A stretch of DNA of 64,000 nt from Alphaproteobacteria bacterium. Its GTDB lineage: Bacteria; Pseudomonadota; Alphaproteobacteria; JAPULJ01. The stretch lies in the NCBI GenBank assembly GCA_037387885.1, contig JARRKQ010000009.1, positions 1,601 to 65,600 of the forward strand, given 5' to 3'. Shown here one piece after another: positions 33,970 to 44,931 of this stretch (its first letter is position 1; each line of letters begins with the position of its first letter). The notes under the pieces are model-generated. The model was not told the origin of the DNA. It saw nothing but the letters and a program-made list of their open reading frames with translations, and did no database searches. A program made the position numbers and the translations under genes.

Positions 33970-35865
33970 ATGGCCCCGCCCGCGTGCCCGATCCCCGGAG
34001 GTTCCTTGAGCCAGGCCCGCAGCCAGTCGGAAACAGCCCCCCTCGCCCGCCCCTCCGGCGAGCGGCCGCGCTCGCGCGATGTGCGCCAGCTGCGCGTCCT
34101 GGCCGGCTTCCTGAAGCCCTACCGCGCGCGGATCGCCCTGGCTCTGCTGGCGCTGATCGTGGCGGCCGGGACCGTGCTTCTGTTCGGGGTGGGCCTCCGC
34201 TGGCTGGTCGACAACGGCTTCGCCAGCGGCGACGCGAACCTCCTCGATCAGGCGCTCACCATCCTGGTCGGCATCATCGCGGTCCTGTCTGTGGCCACCT
34301 TCGCCCGAGCCTATCTCGTCTCCTGGCTCGGCGAGCGGGTTGCTGCGGACATCCGCAGCGCCGTCTACCACAACGTGCTGCGGCTCACCCCCGCCTTCTA
34401 CGAGATCACGCCGACGGGCGAGGTGATCTCGCGCCTCACCACCGACACGACGCTGCTCCAGACCATCGTCGGCTCCTCGGCCTCGATGGCGCTGCGCAAC
34501 GTGCTCATGCTCGTCGGCGGCACCATCATGATGGCGGTGACCAGCCCCAAGCTCACCGGCCTCGTGGCCCTCGTCGTGCCGCTGGTGATGGTGCCGGTGA
34601 TCGTGTTCGGCCGGCGCGTGCGGCGGCTCTCGCGCGCCAGCCAGGACCGCATCGGCGATGTCGGCGCGCATCTGGATGAGACCCTGAACGCGATCGAGAC
34701 CGTCCAGGCCTTCGTCCACGAGCCCCACGACCGCCGGCGCTTCGACGGCCGGGTCGAGGACGCCTTCGCCGTCGCCGCGCGCCGGGTGCGGGCACGCTCG
34801 TCGCTCGCCGCGCTCGTTATCATGCTGGTCTTCGGCGCGGTCAGCATCATCCTCTGGATCGGCGGCCACGACATGATCGCCGGGCGCATCACCGCGGGCG
34901 AGCTGTCCGCCTTCGTCTTCTTCGCCGTGCTGGTCGCGGGCTCGGTCGGCGCGCTCAGCGAATTCGCCAGCGACCTGCAACGCGCCGCCGGCGCCAGTGA
35001 ACGCCTGGTCGAGCTTCTGACCAGCAAGCCCGATGTCGAGCCGCCAGCCGACCCGCTGCCCCTGCCCGATCCGACGACGGGCGCGGTGGCCATGGAGAAC
35101 GTGACCTTCACCTATCCGAGCCGGCCAGAGCAGCCGGCCCTGCACGATTTCAATCTCACGGTGGCACCCGGCGAGCGCCTCGCCCTGGTCGGCCCGTCGG
35201 GCGCCGGCAAGTCGACCGTCTTCCAGCTCCTGCTTCGCTTCCACGACCCGCAGCAGGGCACCGTCCGCCTCGACGGGGTCAGTCTCGCCAAGGCGGATCC
35301 CGCCGAGCTGCGCACGCGCATCGGCCTGGTCGCGCAGGAGCCGGTGATCTTCGCCGCCGACGTCGCCGAGAATATCCGCTACGGCCGCGAGGACGCCACA
35401 GACGAGGAGGTCCGCGCAGCCGCCGAGGTCGCCGCCGCCCGTGATTTCATCGAGGCCCTGCCGCAAGGCTTCGAGACTCATCTGGGCGAGCGCGGGGTGC
35501 GGCTTTCCGGCGGTCAGCGCCAGCGCATCGCCATTGCCCGCGCCGTCCTGCGCGACCCCGCCCTCCTCCTCCTCGACGAAGCGACCAGCGCCCTCGATGC
35601 CGAAAGCGAGCGCATGGTCCAGGCCGCCCTCGACCGTCTGATGTCCGAGCGCACGACGATCGTCATCGCCCATCGTCTCGCCACCGTGCTCAAGGCCGAC
35701 CGCATCGTCGTCATGGATCACGGCCAGATCGTCGCCACCGGCACCCACGAGGAACTGCTCAAGATGGACGGGCTTTACGCGCGTCTGGCGGCGCTGCAGT
35801 TCGACCTCAACGGATCCCCACCATCGGAGCCGGCCCAACTAGCGCAAAAGGACAAACCCTCATGA
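33970..35865 (+). CDS. ABC transporter, fused permease/ATPase (ABCB/MsbA-like exporter); start uncertain
   Basis: Six-TM exporter domain followed by Walker A GPSGAGKST, signature LSGGQRQR and Walker B LLLLDEATSALD. Confidence 0.85.
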   Translation: MAPPACPIPGGSLSQARSQSETAPLARPSGERPRSRDVRQLRVLAGFLKPYRARIALALLALIVAAGTVLLFGVGLRWLVDNGFASGDANLLDQALTILVGIIAVLSVATFARAYLVSWLGERVAADIRSAVYHNVLRLTPAFYEITPTGEVISRLTTDTTLLQTIVGSSASMALRNVLMLVGGTIMMAVTSPKLTGLVALVVPLVMVPVIVFGRRVRRLSRASQDRIGDVGAHLDETLNAIETVQAFVHEPHDRRRFDGRVEDAFAVAARRVRARSSLAALVIMLVFGAVSIILWIGGHDMIAGRITAGELSAFVFFAVLVAGSVGALSEFASDLQRAAGASERLVELLTSKPDVEPPADPLPLPDPTTGAVAMENVTFTYPSRPEQPALHDFNLTVAPGERLALVGPSGAGKSTVFQLLLRFHDPQQGTVRLDGVSLAKADPAELRTRIGLVAQEPVIFAADVAENIRYGREDATDEEVRAAAEVAAARDFIEALPQGFETHLGERGVRLSGGQRQRIAIARAVLRDPALLLLDEATSALDAESERMVQAALDRLMSERTTIVIAHRLATVLKADRIVVMDHGQIVATGTHEELLKMDGLYARLAALQFDLNGSPPSEPAQLAQKDKPS

Positions 35866-36161
35866 TCGTCGTCTCGGGCACCAACGAAGTCGCGGCGGCG
35901 GACGCCCCGCGCGCCGTCGAAGCCGCCATCGCGCTTGCGAAGGAAACCCGCAAGGAGCCAGGCTGCCGCTTCTATGCGTTCTATCAGGACATCGAGAGCC
36001 CCGGCGTCTTCCGCGTCTTCGAGGAATGGGACGACGACGCGGCCCTGAAGGCGCATTTCCAGACCCCGCACATGGCCGCCTTCCGCGCGGCGCTGGGCGA
36101 ACTCGGCGTGCTCAACCGCGACGTCAAGATCTACCGGGTGAGCGGCGTCGACCCGCTCTGA
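35862..36161 (+). CDS. ABM-domain (antibiotic biosynthesis monooxygenase-like) protein
   Basis: 99 aa. EPGCRFYAFYQDIESPGVFRVFEEWDDDAALKAHFQTPHM. ATGA overlap with the ABC gene. Confidence 0.7.
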   Translation: MIVVSGTNEVAAADAPRAVEAAIALAKETRKEPGCRFYAFYQDIESPGVFRVFEEWDDDAALKAHFQTPHMAAFRAALGELGVLNRDVKIYRVSGVDPL

Positions 36162-36268
36162 TCCCCCTAGTGCGGGAATTGTTTCGCCGCGCGGCATACG
36201 GTAACATTTGATAAGAAATCTAAGCGTCCACCGGACATCGGCACGGCGCACCCAACGGGAGGCTATTC

Positions 36269-37462
36269 ATGAAACGATTGTTTACCGCGGCGGCGATGGG
36301 GGCGGCAATCGCGGCGATGCTCGCAACGGGCGGCGCATCGGCGCAGGAGCTGCGCATCGGATTCATCAATTCGCTCAACCACCCGATCGGCAAGTGGCAG
36401 GTCAACGGATTCCGGCTGGGCCTGGAACATTCCGGCTGGAAGAAAAACGGCGACAAGATCCACGGCGTGCCGGTCACGGTCGAGTATTGCGACGATCAGG
36501 TGAAGCCCGATGTCGGTCTTTCCTGCGCCAAGAAATTCATCGAGCAGTCGAAGGTTCAGATCGTCGCCGGCATCATCTGGTCGAACGTGCTGAACGCGCT
36601 GCGCACCACGGTCGTGCGGAACAAGACGATCCTCATGAGCACAAATGCCGGTTCGTCGCTGCTGGCCGGGCGCAACTGCAGCCGCTACTACATCTCCACC
36701 TCCTGGGAGAACCAGCAGAACGCGCAAGCCATGGGCAAGCTGGTGACCGACGAAGGCGCCAAACGCGTTTTCTTCCTCGGCCCCAACTATCAGGCCGGCA
36801 AGGACAATCTGAACGGCTTCCGCAGCACCTATAAGGGCCGGATCATCGGCACGATCATGTACAAGCTGGGCAACCGCGACTTCCAGTCGGAGCTGACCCG
36901 CGTGCGCGCGGCGCGGCCGGAAGCGGTGGTCACGTTCTCGCCCGGGCCGATGGGCATCGCCTTCATGAAACAGTGGGCGGCTTCGGGCCTCGGCAAGACG
37001 ACCAAGCTCTACCAGATCTTCGTGGTCGACCACATCACGCTGCTGCCGATCGGCAAGGCCGCCGTCGGCACCTTCCACACCAACCAGTGGGACAGCGACT
37101 CCAAACGTCCGGCGAACCAGAAGTTCATCAAGGCCTACATTGCCAAATACAAGATCCACCCGAACCACTTCGTCGCCCAGGCTTACGACGGCGCGCTGCT
37201 GATCGCCTCGGGCATCAAGGGAACGGGCGGCAAGGTGAACGACAACCTGGCGCTGATGCGGGCGATGCGGAAGGCGGACTACGCCTCCGTGCGCGGCAAG
37301 TACCGCTACAACGTCAACGGCATTCCGATCCAGAACTTCTACAAGCGCGAGGTCGTGCTCGGCGCCGATGGCAAACCGATGATCCGCACCGTCGGTCTCG
37401 TCGCCGCCAACCACGTCGACAGCCAGTGGAAGAAGTGCAAGAAGAGCGAGTGGATCAAATAG
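36269..37462 (+). CDS. ABC transporter substrate-binding protein, branched-chain amino acid (LivK/LivJ) type
   Basis: Signal peptide MKRLFTAAAMGAAIAAMLATGGASA. Type I periplasmic binding fold pattern (IGFINSLNHPIG...GPNYQAGKD). Confidence 0.8.
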   Translation: MKRLFTAAAMGAAIAAMLATGGASAQELRIGFINSLNHPIGKWQVNGFRLGLEHSGWKKNGDKIHGVPVTVEYCDDQVKPDVGLSCAKKFIEQSKVQIVAGIIWSNVLNALRTTVVRNKTILMSTNAGSSLLAGRNCSRYYISTSWENQQNAQAMGKLVTDEGAKRVFFLGPNYQAGKDNLNGFRSTYKGRIIGTIMYKLGNRDFQSELTRVRAARPEAVVTFSPGPMGIAFMKQWAASGLGKTTKLYQIFVVDHITLLPIGKAAVGTFHTNQWDSDSKRPANQKFIKAYIAKYKIHPNHFVAQAYDGALLIASGIKGTGGKVNDNLALMRAMRKADYASVRGKYRYNVNGIPIQNFYKREVVLGADGKPMIRTVGLVAANHVDSQWKKCKKSEWIK

Positions 37463-37500
37463 TCCTCGCGTCGCGCTAGTACTTAAGATCGCAATTGGAG

Positions 37501-37529
37501 AAACCCTCCCCCATCGGGGGAGGGTTTTT
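37501..37529. terminator. Bidirectional intrinsic terminator
   Basis: AAACCCTCCCCC-ATC-GGGGGAGGGTTT plus TT. Perfect 12-bp stem between convergent genes. Confidence 0.8.
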
Positions 37530-37550
37530 CGCGGTGAGCTGCGATTGGAC

Positions 37551-37898
37551 CTAGCTCGTCGGCTTGCAGCGCCGCCAGGTCTTGACCGGTCCCCTGCCGA
37601 CGCGCACGTGAAGCGTTTCCTCGTCGATCAGCGACATGTCGACCTTCGCGCCCGCCGGTTTCTCCGCCGCCGGCACGACATAGCGGAAGCCGTGCCGGTG
37701 ATAGTCGCCCTTCATCCGCGTGCCGCCCGGCGTGACGATCTGGGGCCCGCTGATCGACATCGATTTGCCCTCGCGCGAGCACCAGTTGCCGTCGATGGCG
37801 TCGGCCTGCGCCGGGCCCGCCCCCAACGCGGAAAACAAAATGACGGCCGCCCCAACCGTTCGTCCGATCGCTTGCCTCTCCATTCGCCCATCTCCCAC
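37551..37898 (-). CDS. Hypothetical exported protein
   Basis: Signal peptide ...AAVILFSALGAGPAQA. 115 aa (or 110 aa from the second Met). No family recognised. Confidence 0.55.
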   Translation of the reverse strand: MGDGRMERQAIGRTVGAAVILFSALGAGPAQADAIDGNWCSREGKSMSISGPQIVTPGGTRMKGDYHRHGFRYVVPAAEKPAGAKVDMSLIDEETLHVRVGRGPVKTWRRCKPTS

Positions 37899-37909
37899 GA
37901 TACGCGCGC

Positions 37910-38941
37910 TCAGCGCTGGGTGAACTTGAGCTCGATCCGCCGGTTCTTACGGTAGGCCTCTTCGGTGGTGCCGGGGTCGAGCGGATGGAATTCGCCGAAG
38001 CCGGTCGGCGCCAGGCGTTGGGGCGGTATCCCCTGCTCGATCAGATGCTTGACCACCGCCAGCGCGCGCGCCTGGCTCAGCTCCCAGTTGGAGGCGTATT
38101 TGGCGCCGGTCCGGAGCGTCCGCGTGTCGGTATGGCCGTCGACGCGCAGCACCCAGTCGATCTGCTTGGGCACTTTGGCGGCGATCTCCTTCAGGGTCGC
38201 CGCGAGCTTCGTAAGCTCCTCCTTGCCCCGCTCCTGCAGGACCGCCTCGCCGCTGGGGAACAAGACCTCGGACTGGAAAACGAAACGGTCGCCGACGATA
38301 CGGATGTCCTCGCGGGTGCCCAGCACCTCGCGCAGCCGGCCGAAGAACTCCGAGCGGTAGCGGCGGAGCTCCTGCACCTTGAGCGCCAGCGCCACGTTGA
38401 GGCGTTTGCCGAGATCGGCGATCTTCAATTCCTGCTTCGCCGCCTTCGCCTCCGATGCCTTGAGCGCCTCCTCGATCGCGGCGAGCTGACGGCGCAGTTC
38501 GGCGAGCTGGGCGTTGAGGATCTCGAGCTGCGCACGGGCGCTGGCAGAGATGCGCTTTTCCTCCTCCAGTCGGCGCTTTTCCGCCTCCAACGCACGCTTG
38601 TTCGCGCCGGCGGCGCCTTCGATGGCGCGGATCCGCGCCTGGGCGCGATCGCGGGCCGTGAGCGCGGCCCGCAACTCGGCGGTGATTTCCTTGAGCGTGC
38701 GGTCGAGCTGGCTGCTCTTGCCGCGTTCCAGCGACAGCAACTCGGAAAGCTCCTGGATACGGCGATTGAGCTGAAGCAGCGCCTTGTCGCGACCGGTCAG
38801 CGCATCGCTCAGATAGAACTGCGCGACCATGAAGATCATCAGCACGAAGATGATCAGGATCAGCAGCGAGGCGAGCGCGTCGACGAAGCCCGGCCAGATA
38901 TCGAGTGGGGGACGACGGGCGCGGCGAGCCGACACGGCCAT
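37910..38941 (-). CDS. MotB-like protein: N-terminal TM with conserved Asp, long coiled coil, C-terminal OmpA-type peptidoglycan-binding domain
   Basis: DIWPGFVDALASLLILIIFVLMIF (ExbD/TolR/MotB-like plug-TM with Asp). About 140 aa of heptad-like sequence. OmpA-like end VDGHTDTRTL...NWELSQARALAVVKHLIEQGIP...GFGEFHP. Confidence 0.75.
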   Translation of the reverse strand: MAVSARRARRPPLDIWPGFVDALASLLILIIFVLMIFMVAQFYLSDALTGRDKALLQLNRRIQELSELLSLERGKSSQLDRTLKEITAELRAALTARDRAQARIRAIEGAAGANKRALEAEKRRLEEEKRISASARAQLEILNAQLAELRRQLAAIEEALKASEAKAAKQELKIADLGKRLNVALALKVQELRRYRSEFFGRLREVLGTREDIRIVGDRFVFQSEVLFPSGEAVLQERGKEELTKLAATLKEIAAKVPKQIDWVLRVDGHTDTRTLRTGAKYASNWELSQARALAVVKHLIEQGIPPQRLAPTGFGEFHPLDPGTTEEAYRKNRRIELKFTQR

Positions 38942-38944
38942 GGT

Positions 38945-39904
38945 CTAGCTGCCCCCGCGCCGATCCTTGTCGGCCATGGCGGCGATGGTCTTGGCGAGCA
39001 GGCGGATATCGGTGCTCATCTGCTCGCTCATCGCGCCGACCTTTTCGGCCAGGCCCGTCATATGCGCGTTGGTGGTGGCGTGCCGGTCGTCCTCGCGCGC
39101 CACCGAGCTCTGCAGCCGGTCGATGCTCTCCACCGTCTGCTCCAGCAGCGCCTGGATATAGGCCGGCACGGAACCTTCGCCGTCGCCCACCGCCGCCATG
39201 CCGCTCGCCGTGGCGAGGCGGGTCTGGCTGCTCAGCCATTCCTCGAGCTCGTTATAGAAGCGGTTCTGCGACTGGCCGGCCTGCAGGTCGAGAAAGCCGA
39301 GGATCAGGGACCCGCCCAGTCCGAAGAGCGACGACGAGAAGGCCGTCCCCATGCCGGTCAGCGGCGCCTGCAACCCGCGCTTCAGCTCGCCGAAGATCGA
39401 GGTGATGTCGCCGGTTCCGATCGACAGCGAGCCGACGACCTTGGCCACCGCGCTCACCGTCTCGAGCAGACCCCAGACGGTGCCGAGCAGGCCGAGGAAG
39501 ATCAGCAGCCCGATCATATAGCGCGAGATCTCGCGCCCCTCGTCGAGCCGCGAGCCGATGCCGTCGAGCAGCGAGCGCATCGATGCCGAGGTCAGACGAA
39601 GCGGCCCGGCGTCACGGTCGCGCAGCAGCGTCGCCATCGAGGCCAGGACACGCGGCGGATCTTCGGCAGCGGTAGCGGCCTGGTTGCGCTGGAAGCTGTC
39701 GATCCAGCGCGCGGCGGGCCCGAGGGTCACGACCTGGCGGAAGTTGTAGAGAATGCCGATCAGAAGGATGCCGACGATCACCCCGTTCAACACCGGGTTC
39801 GCCATGAAGGCGCTCTTCAGCACGACATAAAGCACGCCCAGCGTTATCGCCACGGCGACCACGAAGATGCCCATGCGGAGCAGATAGGCGTTGGGCTGGC
39901 TCAT
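38945..39904 (-). CDS. MotA/TolQ/ExbB proton-channel family protein with about 110-aa soluble C-terminal extension
   Basis: Four predicted TMs. Channel motif region LLIFLGLLGTVWGLL...MGTAFSSSLFGLGGSLILGF. Its stop lies 3 nt before the MotB-like start. Confidence 0.75.
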   Translation of the reverse strand: MSQPNAYLLRMGIFVVAVAITLGVLYVVLKSAFMANPVLNGVIVGILLIGILYNFRQVVTLGPAARWIDSFQRNQAATAAEDPPRVLASMATLLRDRDAGPLRLTSASMRSLLDGIGSRLDEGREISRYMIGLLIFLGLLGTVWGLLETVSAVAKVVGSLSIGTGDITSIFGELKRGLQAPLTGMGTAFSSSLFGLGGSLILGFLDLQAGQSQNRFYNELEEWLSSQTRLATASGMAAVGDGEGSVPAYIQALLEQTVESIDRLQSSVAREDDRHATTNAHMTGLAEKVGAMSEQMSTDIRLLAKTIAAMADKDRRGGS

Positions 39905-39929
39905 GCAGCGATCCCCGAACGGTCTTCAA

Positions 39930-40850
39930 TCATCGTTGCACCAACACCAAATCGACGCGGTCGGACGGCCCGTCCCCCGCGCGCGCGCCGAGCGCCCGGA
40001 TCTCGGTTCGGATCGTGGGGATGCCGCGCCCGGTGATCGCGCGCCGCACCGCAAGCGCCCGGGACAGCGAGAGCCGCCGCGCATCGCTGGTGTTCGAGCC
40101 GTCCCCCGCCGCATAGGCGTAAATGACGAGCAGCGCCTTTTCCTCGCTGATCATCCGCGCGGCGATCGGCTCGAGCTTTTCCTTCTCCGTCTTGCTCAGC
40201 GCCGCCGACTCCTTGCCGAACAAAAGACGCGCCCTGCTAAGCGGGACACGCGCGGTTCGCGTCGCCACCTGCTTCTTGCCGCCGGTCACGACCTTCGGCT
40301 TCGTCGTCGTCTTGGTTGCCTCTTTTACAGGGGCCTTCCGCGGGACCACTGCCGGTTTTGCGTTGTGCGCTTTCGCGGCCTTCGCCGCTTTGGCTTTTTC
40401 CGCGGCCTTCGCCGCACCTGCCTTTTTCGTGGCTTCCGCCGTCTTCGCAGCCTCGGCTTCGCGCGCCGCCTTTGCCGCGCGCGCCGCTGCATCCTCGCGA
40501 TCGGCCTTGGCCTTGCGCTCGAGCTCTTCTGATTGCTTCGCTTCTTCGGCCTTGCGCGCCGCTTCGGCTTTGCGCGCCGCTTCGGCCTTCCTGCGGGCGG
40601 CCGCCTTGCGCTTGGCTTGCTCGATCAGCCGCTTCTTCCGCGTGCGCCGCAGCGCTTCCGCGCGGCGGCCGACCGCCTGGTTCTTTGCCTTGGGCGGGGT
40701 GAGCTTGATCACCTCGCTTCCCTTGCCCGACTTGCCGGCCGGCAGGGTCTTCAGCACGTCGAGATTGACCTCGACCTCGGCCGCCGTCACAAGACGTGCC
40801 CCACACAGCGCCAACGCCACGCACAGCACGGTAAAACCCATTGCACTCAT
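39930..40850 (-). CDS. Exported/anchored protein with Lys/Ala/Glu-rich (TolA-like) helical region and degenerate OmpA-like C-terminus
   Basis: MSAMGFTVLCVALALCGARLVTA leader. (KAEAAR)n-type low complexity. C-terminus LVIYAYAAGDGSNTSDARRLSLSRALAVRRAITGRGIP. Confidence 0.65.
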   Translation of the reverse strand: MSAMGFTVLCVALALCGARLVTAAEVEVNLDVLKTLPAGKSGKGSEVIKLTPPKAKNQAVGRRAEALRRTRKKRLIEQAKRKAAARRKAEAARKAEAARKAEEAKQSEELERKAKADREDAAARAAKAAREAEAAKTAEATKKAGAAKAAEKAKAAKAAKAHNAKPAVVPRKAPVKEATKTTTKPKVVTGGKKQVATRTARVPLSRARLLFGKESAALSKTEKEKLEPIAARMISEEKALLVIYAYAAGDGSNTSDARRLSLSRALAVRRAITGRGIPTIRTEIRALGARAGDGPSDRVDLVLVQR

Positions 40851-41084
40851 GATCCGGAACCCGGGGTCAGGCGCATCGAAACACTTTGCCATCTTCGTAC
40901 TTCCTGGGTACTTCCTGGCCATCGATGGTCTTGCGGCGCGACCTCGGCTCCGGTCCGCCGCACGTCCCCCGGCCGCACATTAGCTTAGGGGCCACGCGCA
41001 TGCCAGCATGGGGCCAGCTTGGGGCCGGCACTAGGCAAGCGCAGGGGACGTACACGCATACGGAGCTACACGTATGCGCCCGGA

Positions 41085-41891
41085 TCAGCTTCGCAAGGCC
41101 GCGCGCAGTATCCGTTCGAGCGGCACGTGCACCTCGCCGTTCGCCGCCAGTATGTCGCCCGTTTCGAGCGGATCGACCTTGGCGCGGATGCCGGAGATCA
41201 TGCCGCCCGCCTCGCGAACCAGGATGATGCCGGCGGCGATATCCCATCTGCTCAACCCGAATTCCCAAAACCCGTCATACCGTCCGGCCGCGACGTAAGC
41301 GAGATCGAGCGCGGCCGAGCCGAAACGCCGGACGCCCGCCGTCTGCGCGAGCACCGCTTCCAACGTCGCGAAGTATTTAGGCTCGGGATCGTGGCCTTTG
41401 TATGGAAGCCCGGTTGCGATCAGGCACTGGTCGAGCGCGCTGCGCCCCGAGACGCGCAGCCGCCGGTCGTTCACGTACGCGCCGATGCCCTTCTCCGCCC
41501 AGAAGAGCTCGTCGCGCACCGGCTCGTAGACGACGCCCGCGAGGATCTCGCCGTCGCGCTCATGGGCAATCGAGATCGCGAAATGCGGCAGCCCGTGGAG
41601 GAAGTTGGAGGTGCCGTCGAGCGGATCGACGACCCAGCGATTGTGCTCGTCCTCGCCCGGCGCCTCGCCCGCCTCCTCGAGCAGGAAGCCGAAACGCGGC
41701 CGCGCTCGCCCAAGCTCGCGGCGCAACACCTGCTCGGCCTTGAGATCGGCCGCGGAGACGAAATCGGCCGGACCCTTCTTGGAGACCTGAAGCTGCTCGA
41801 CCTCGCCGAAGTCGCGCACGAGGCCCCGCGCCGCTTTGCGGGCGGCCGCCTCCATCACGTTCACGATCGCGGTCTTCTTGGTCGAGGACAT
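41085..41891 (-). CDS. suhB: Inositol monophosphatase family protein (SuhB)
   Basis: 268 aa. Motifs WVVDPLDGTSNFLHG and AALDLAYVAAGRYDGFWE. Confidence 0.85.
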   Translation of the reverse strand: MSSTKKTAIVNVMEAAARKAARGLVRDFGEVEQLQVSKKGPADFVSAADLKAEQVLRRELGRARPRFGFLLEEAGEAPGEDEHNRWVVDPLDGTSNFLHGLPHFAISIAHERDGEILAGVVYEPVRDELFWAEKGIGAYVNDRRLRVSGRSALDQCLIATGLPYKGHDPEPKYFATLEAVLAQTAGVRRFGSAALDLAYVAAGRYDGFWEFGLSRWDIAAGIILVREAGGMISGIRAKVDPLETGDILAANGEVHVPLERILRAALRS

Positions 41892-41963
41892 GAGGCGGGA
41901 TTGGCTTTCGTTCGCGCGGGGAGCAGGTCGCCGCGGCGGCAGATTTCGGTTGGGCGCCGGAGG

Positions 41964-42530
41964 TCAGTCCTTCGCCCGCTCCATGTAGGTGCCGTCGGCC
42001 GTGTTGACGACGATGCGTGTGCCGGCGGCGATGTGCGGCGGCACTAGAATGCGCTCGCCGTTTTCCAGTACGGCCGGCTTGTAGGAGGACGACGCCGTCT
42101 GACCCTTCACCACCGCATCGGCCTCGACCACCTCCATCACCACGCTGTCGGGCAAGGTCACGCTGATCGGCTCGCCCTCGTAGCTCTGCACCGTGACGAG
42201 CATGCCGTCCTGCAGGAACACGGCCGGGTCGCCGATCATGTCGGTATTGAAGGTGAGCTGCTCGTAGGTTTCCTGGTCCATGAAGGTGTGCTCGTCGCCG
42301 TCGGTGAACAGGAACTGATAGTCCTTTTCGTCGAGGCGCACGCGCTCGACCGACTCCGAGGATCGGAAGCGCTCGTTGAGCTTGGTGCCGTCGCGGATGT
42401 CCTTGAGCTCGACCTGCAGATAGGCCCCGCCCTTGCCGGGCTGGGTGTGCTGGATCTTGACGGCCCGCCAGAGACGGCCCTGATGCTCAATGACGTTGCC
42501 CGGACGGATGGCGTTGCCGTCTATCTTCAT
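41964..42530 (-). CDS. efp: Elongation factor P
   Basis: 188 aa. [39 protein letters not shown]... Confidence 0.95.
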   Translation of the reverse strand: MKIDGNAIRPGNVIEHQGRLWRAVKIQHTQPGKGGAYLQVELKDIRDGTKLNERFRSSESVERVRLDEKDYQFLFTDGDEHTFMDQETYEQLTFNTDMIGDPAVFLQDGMLVTVQSYEGEPISVTLPDSVVMEVVEADAVVKGQTASSSYKPAVLENGERILVPPHIAAGTRIVVNTADGTYMERAKD

Positions 42531-42626
42531 GGCCCGTAACCGTTTCTGGGAATTGGGGGTCGGCGTTCGGCGCGGAAGCTATCACCCCCCTCGGCCCAAG
42601 ACAATGCGCCCAAGACAATCAGGCCG

Positions 42627-43583
42627 TCATCGCCGCCAGAAGGGCCGCGTCGCGGTGGCGATATAGATGCCCGAGAGAATGAGCACGATTCCCGCCAGGT
42701 GAAAGAGCCGCAGCGTCTCCCCTAAGAGCAGCATCGCCTGCCCCGCCGCGAAAGCCGGGATCAGGTGCAGGAAGAGGCTGGCCTTGCCCGCCCCCACCGC
42801 GCGGGCGCCGAAGTTCCAGAGCATATAGCCGGTGATCGAGGCCAGGATCGCCATATAGGCGATCCCGAAGACGACGTTCCAGGTGAGCGTAAAGCCGCCG
42901 ACGACGCTGTATTCGACGGCATAGGCCGGGACCAGCGCGACGACACTGATCACGATCGTCATGGCGACGAAGCTGATCGGCTTCAGCGCGCTCGGCCAGT
43001 GGCGCAGCAGGGTCGAATAGAGCGCCCACAAGAACACCGCGCCCAGAATGACGAGGTCGCCCAGCCCGAATTGGAGCGCCAGCAGCCGCTCGGGATCGCC
43101 GCGCGAGAGGATCGCCGACACGCCCAACAGCGAGACCACGACGCCGACATACTGGCGCCAGGTCGAGCGCTCGCCGAGGCCGAACCAAGAGATCACGATG
43201 ACGAAGATCGGCGATGCCGAGTTGACGAGCGAGCCGTTGATCGCCGTCGTGCTGCCCAGGCCGAAATAGACCATGACGTTGAAAGAGGCGAGCCCAATCA
43301 CTGAAAAGACGATGAGCTTCGGCCATTCGCGCCGCAACGCCAGACGGTCGCGCCACAGTGGCAAAATCGCGAAGGGCAGCAGGATCGCCGCCGCCAGCAA
43401 CAGCCGCCAGAAGGTGAGCGCAACGGGCGTGATCGCGCCCTGCAGCCAGCGCCCGGCGACCCAGTTGCCGCTCCAAATCAGCGCCGTGAGCGTGAGCGCC
43501 GCATAGGGCAACAGGCTCGATGCGCTGCCCTTGCCGCCCGCCGCCGTTCCGCCCGCCCCCCGGCCTAGCGAAGACTCATTCAA
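42627..43583 (-). CDS. DMT-superfamily (EamA) transporter
   Basis: 318 aa, about ten hydrophobic spans, two EamA-like halves. Confidence 0.75.
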   Translation of the reverse strand: MNESSLGRGAGGTAAGGKGSASSLLPYAALTLTALIWSGNWVAGRWLQGAITPVALTFWRLLLAAAILLPFAILPLWRDRLALRREWPKLIVFSVIGLASFNVMVYFGLGSTTAINGSLVNSASPIFVIVISWFGLGERSTWRQYVGVVVSLLGVSAILSRGDPERLLALQFGLGDLVILGAVFLWALYSTLLRHWPSALKPISFVAMTIVISVVALVPAYAVEYSVVGGFTLTWNVVFGIAYMAILASITGYMLWNFGARAVGAGKASLFLHLIPAFAAGQAMLLLGETLRLFHLAGIVLILSGIYIATATRPFWRR

Positions 43584-43596
43584 AGAGCGACCACGC

Positions 43597-44706
<1,110 letters not shown>

Positions 44707-44931
44707 GGCTTCCCTCCCCCGTAGGTAACGTGTGACAGACCTTGCCGCCGATTTGACCAGCCCCGCCCGGCGCCTTCAACCGCGAAAATTCGGGCCTATC
44801 CCCGCGACCGAATGCCGCCGGCAAATCGTTCACTCAAATGTGAAGCGCGTCACGAAATCCGTTCGCCGGTCCGTCTAGTAAGTATTCATGAGAGCACCCA
44901 ACACGGGGCCGGATCCCAAAAGGACAAAGCA

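Noticed and set aside
37910-40850. Assignment of the MotA/MotB-like module to the Zorya anti-phage system.
   Set aside because: ZorA proteins are much longer, as I recall them, and Zorya operons carry ZorC/D or ZorE-type partners. None is present, and the third gene here is an OmpA/TolA-like protein.
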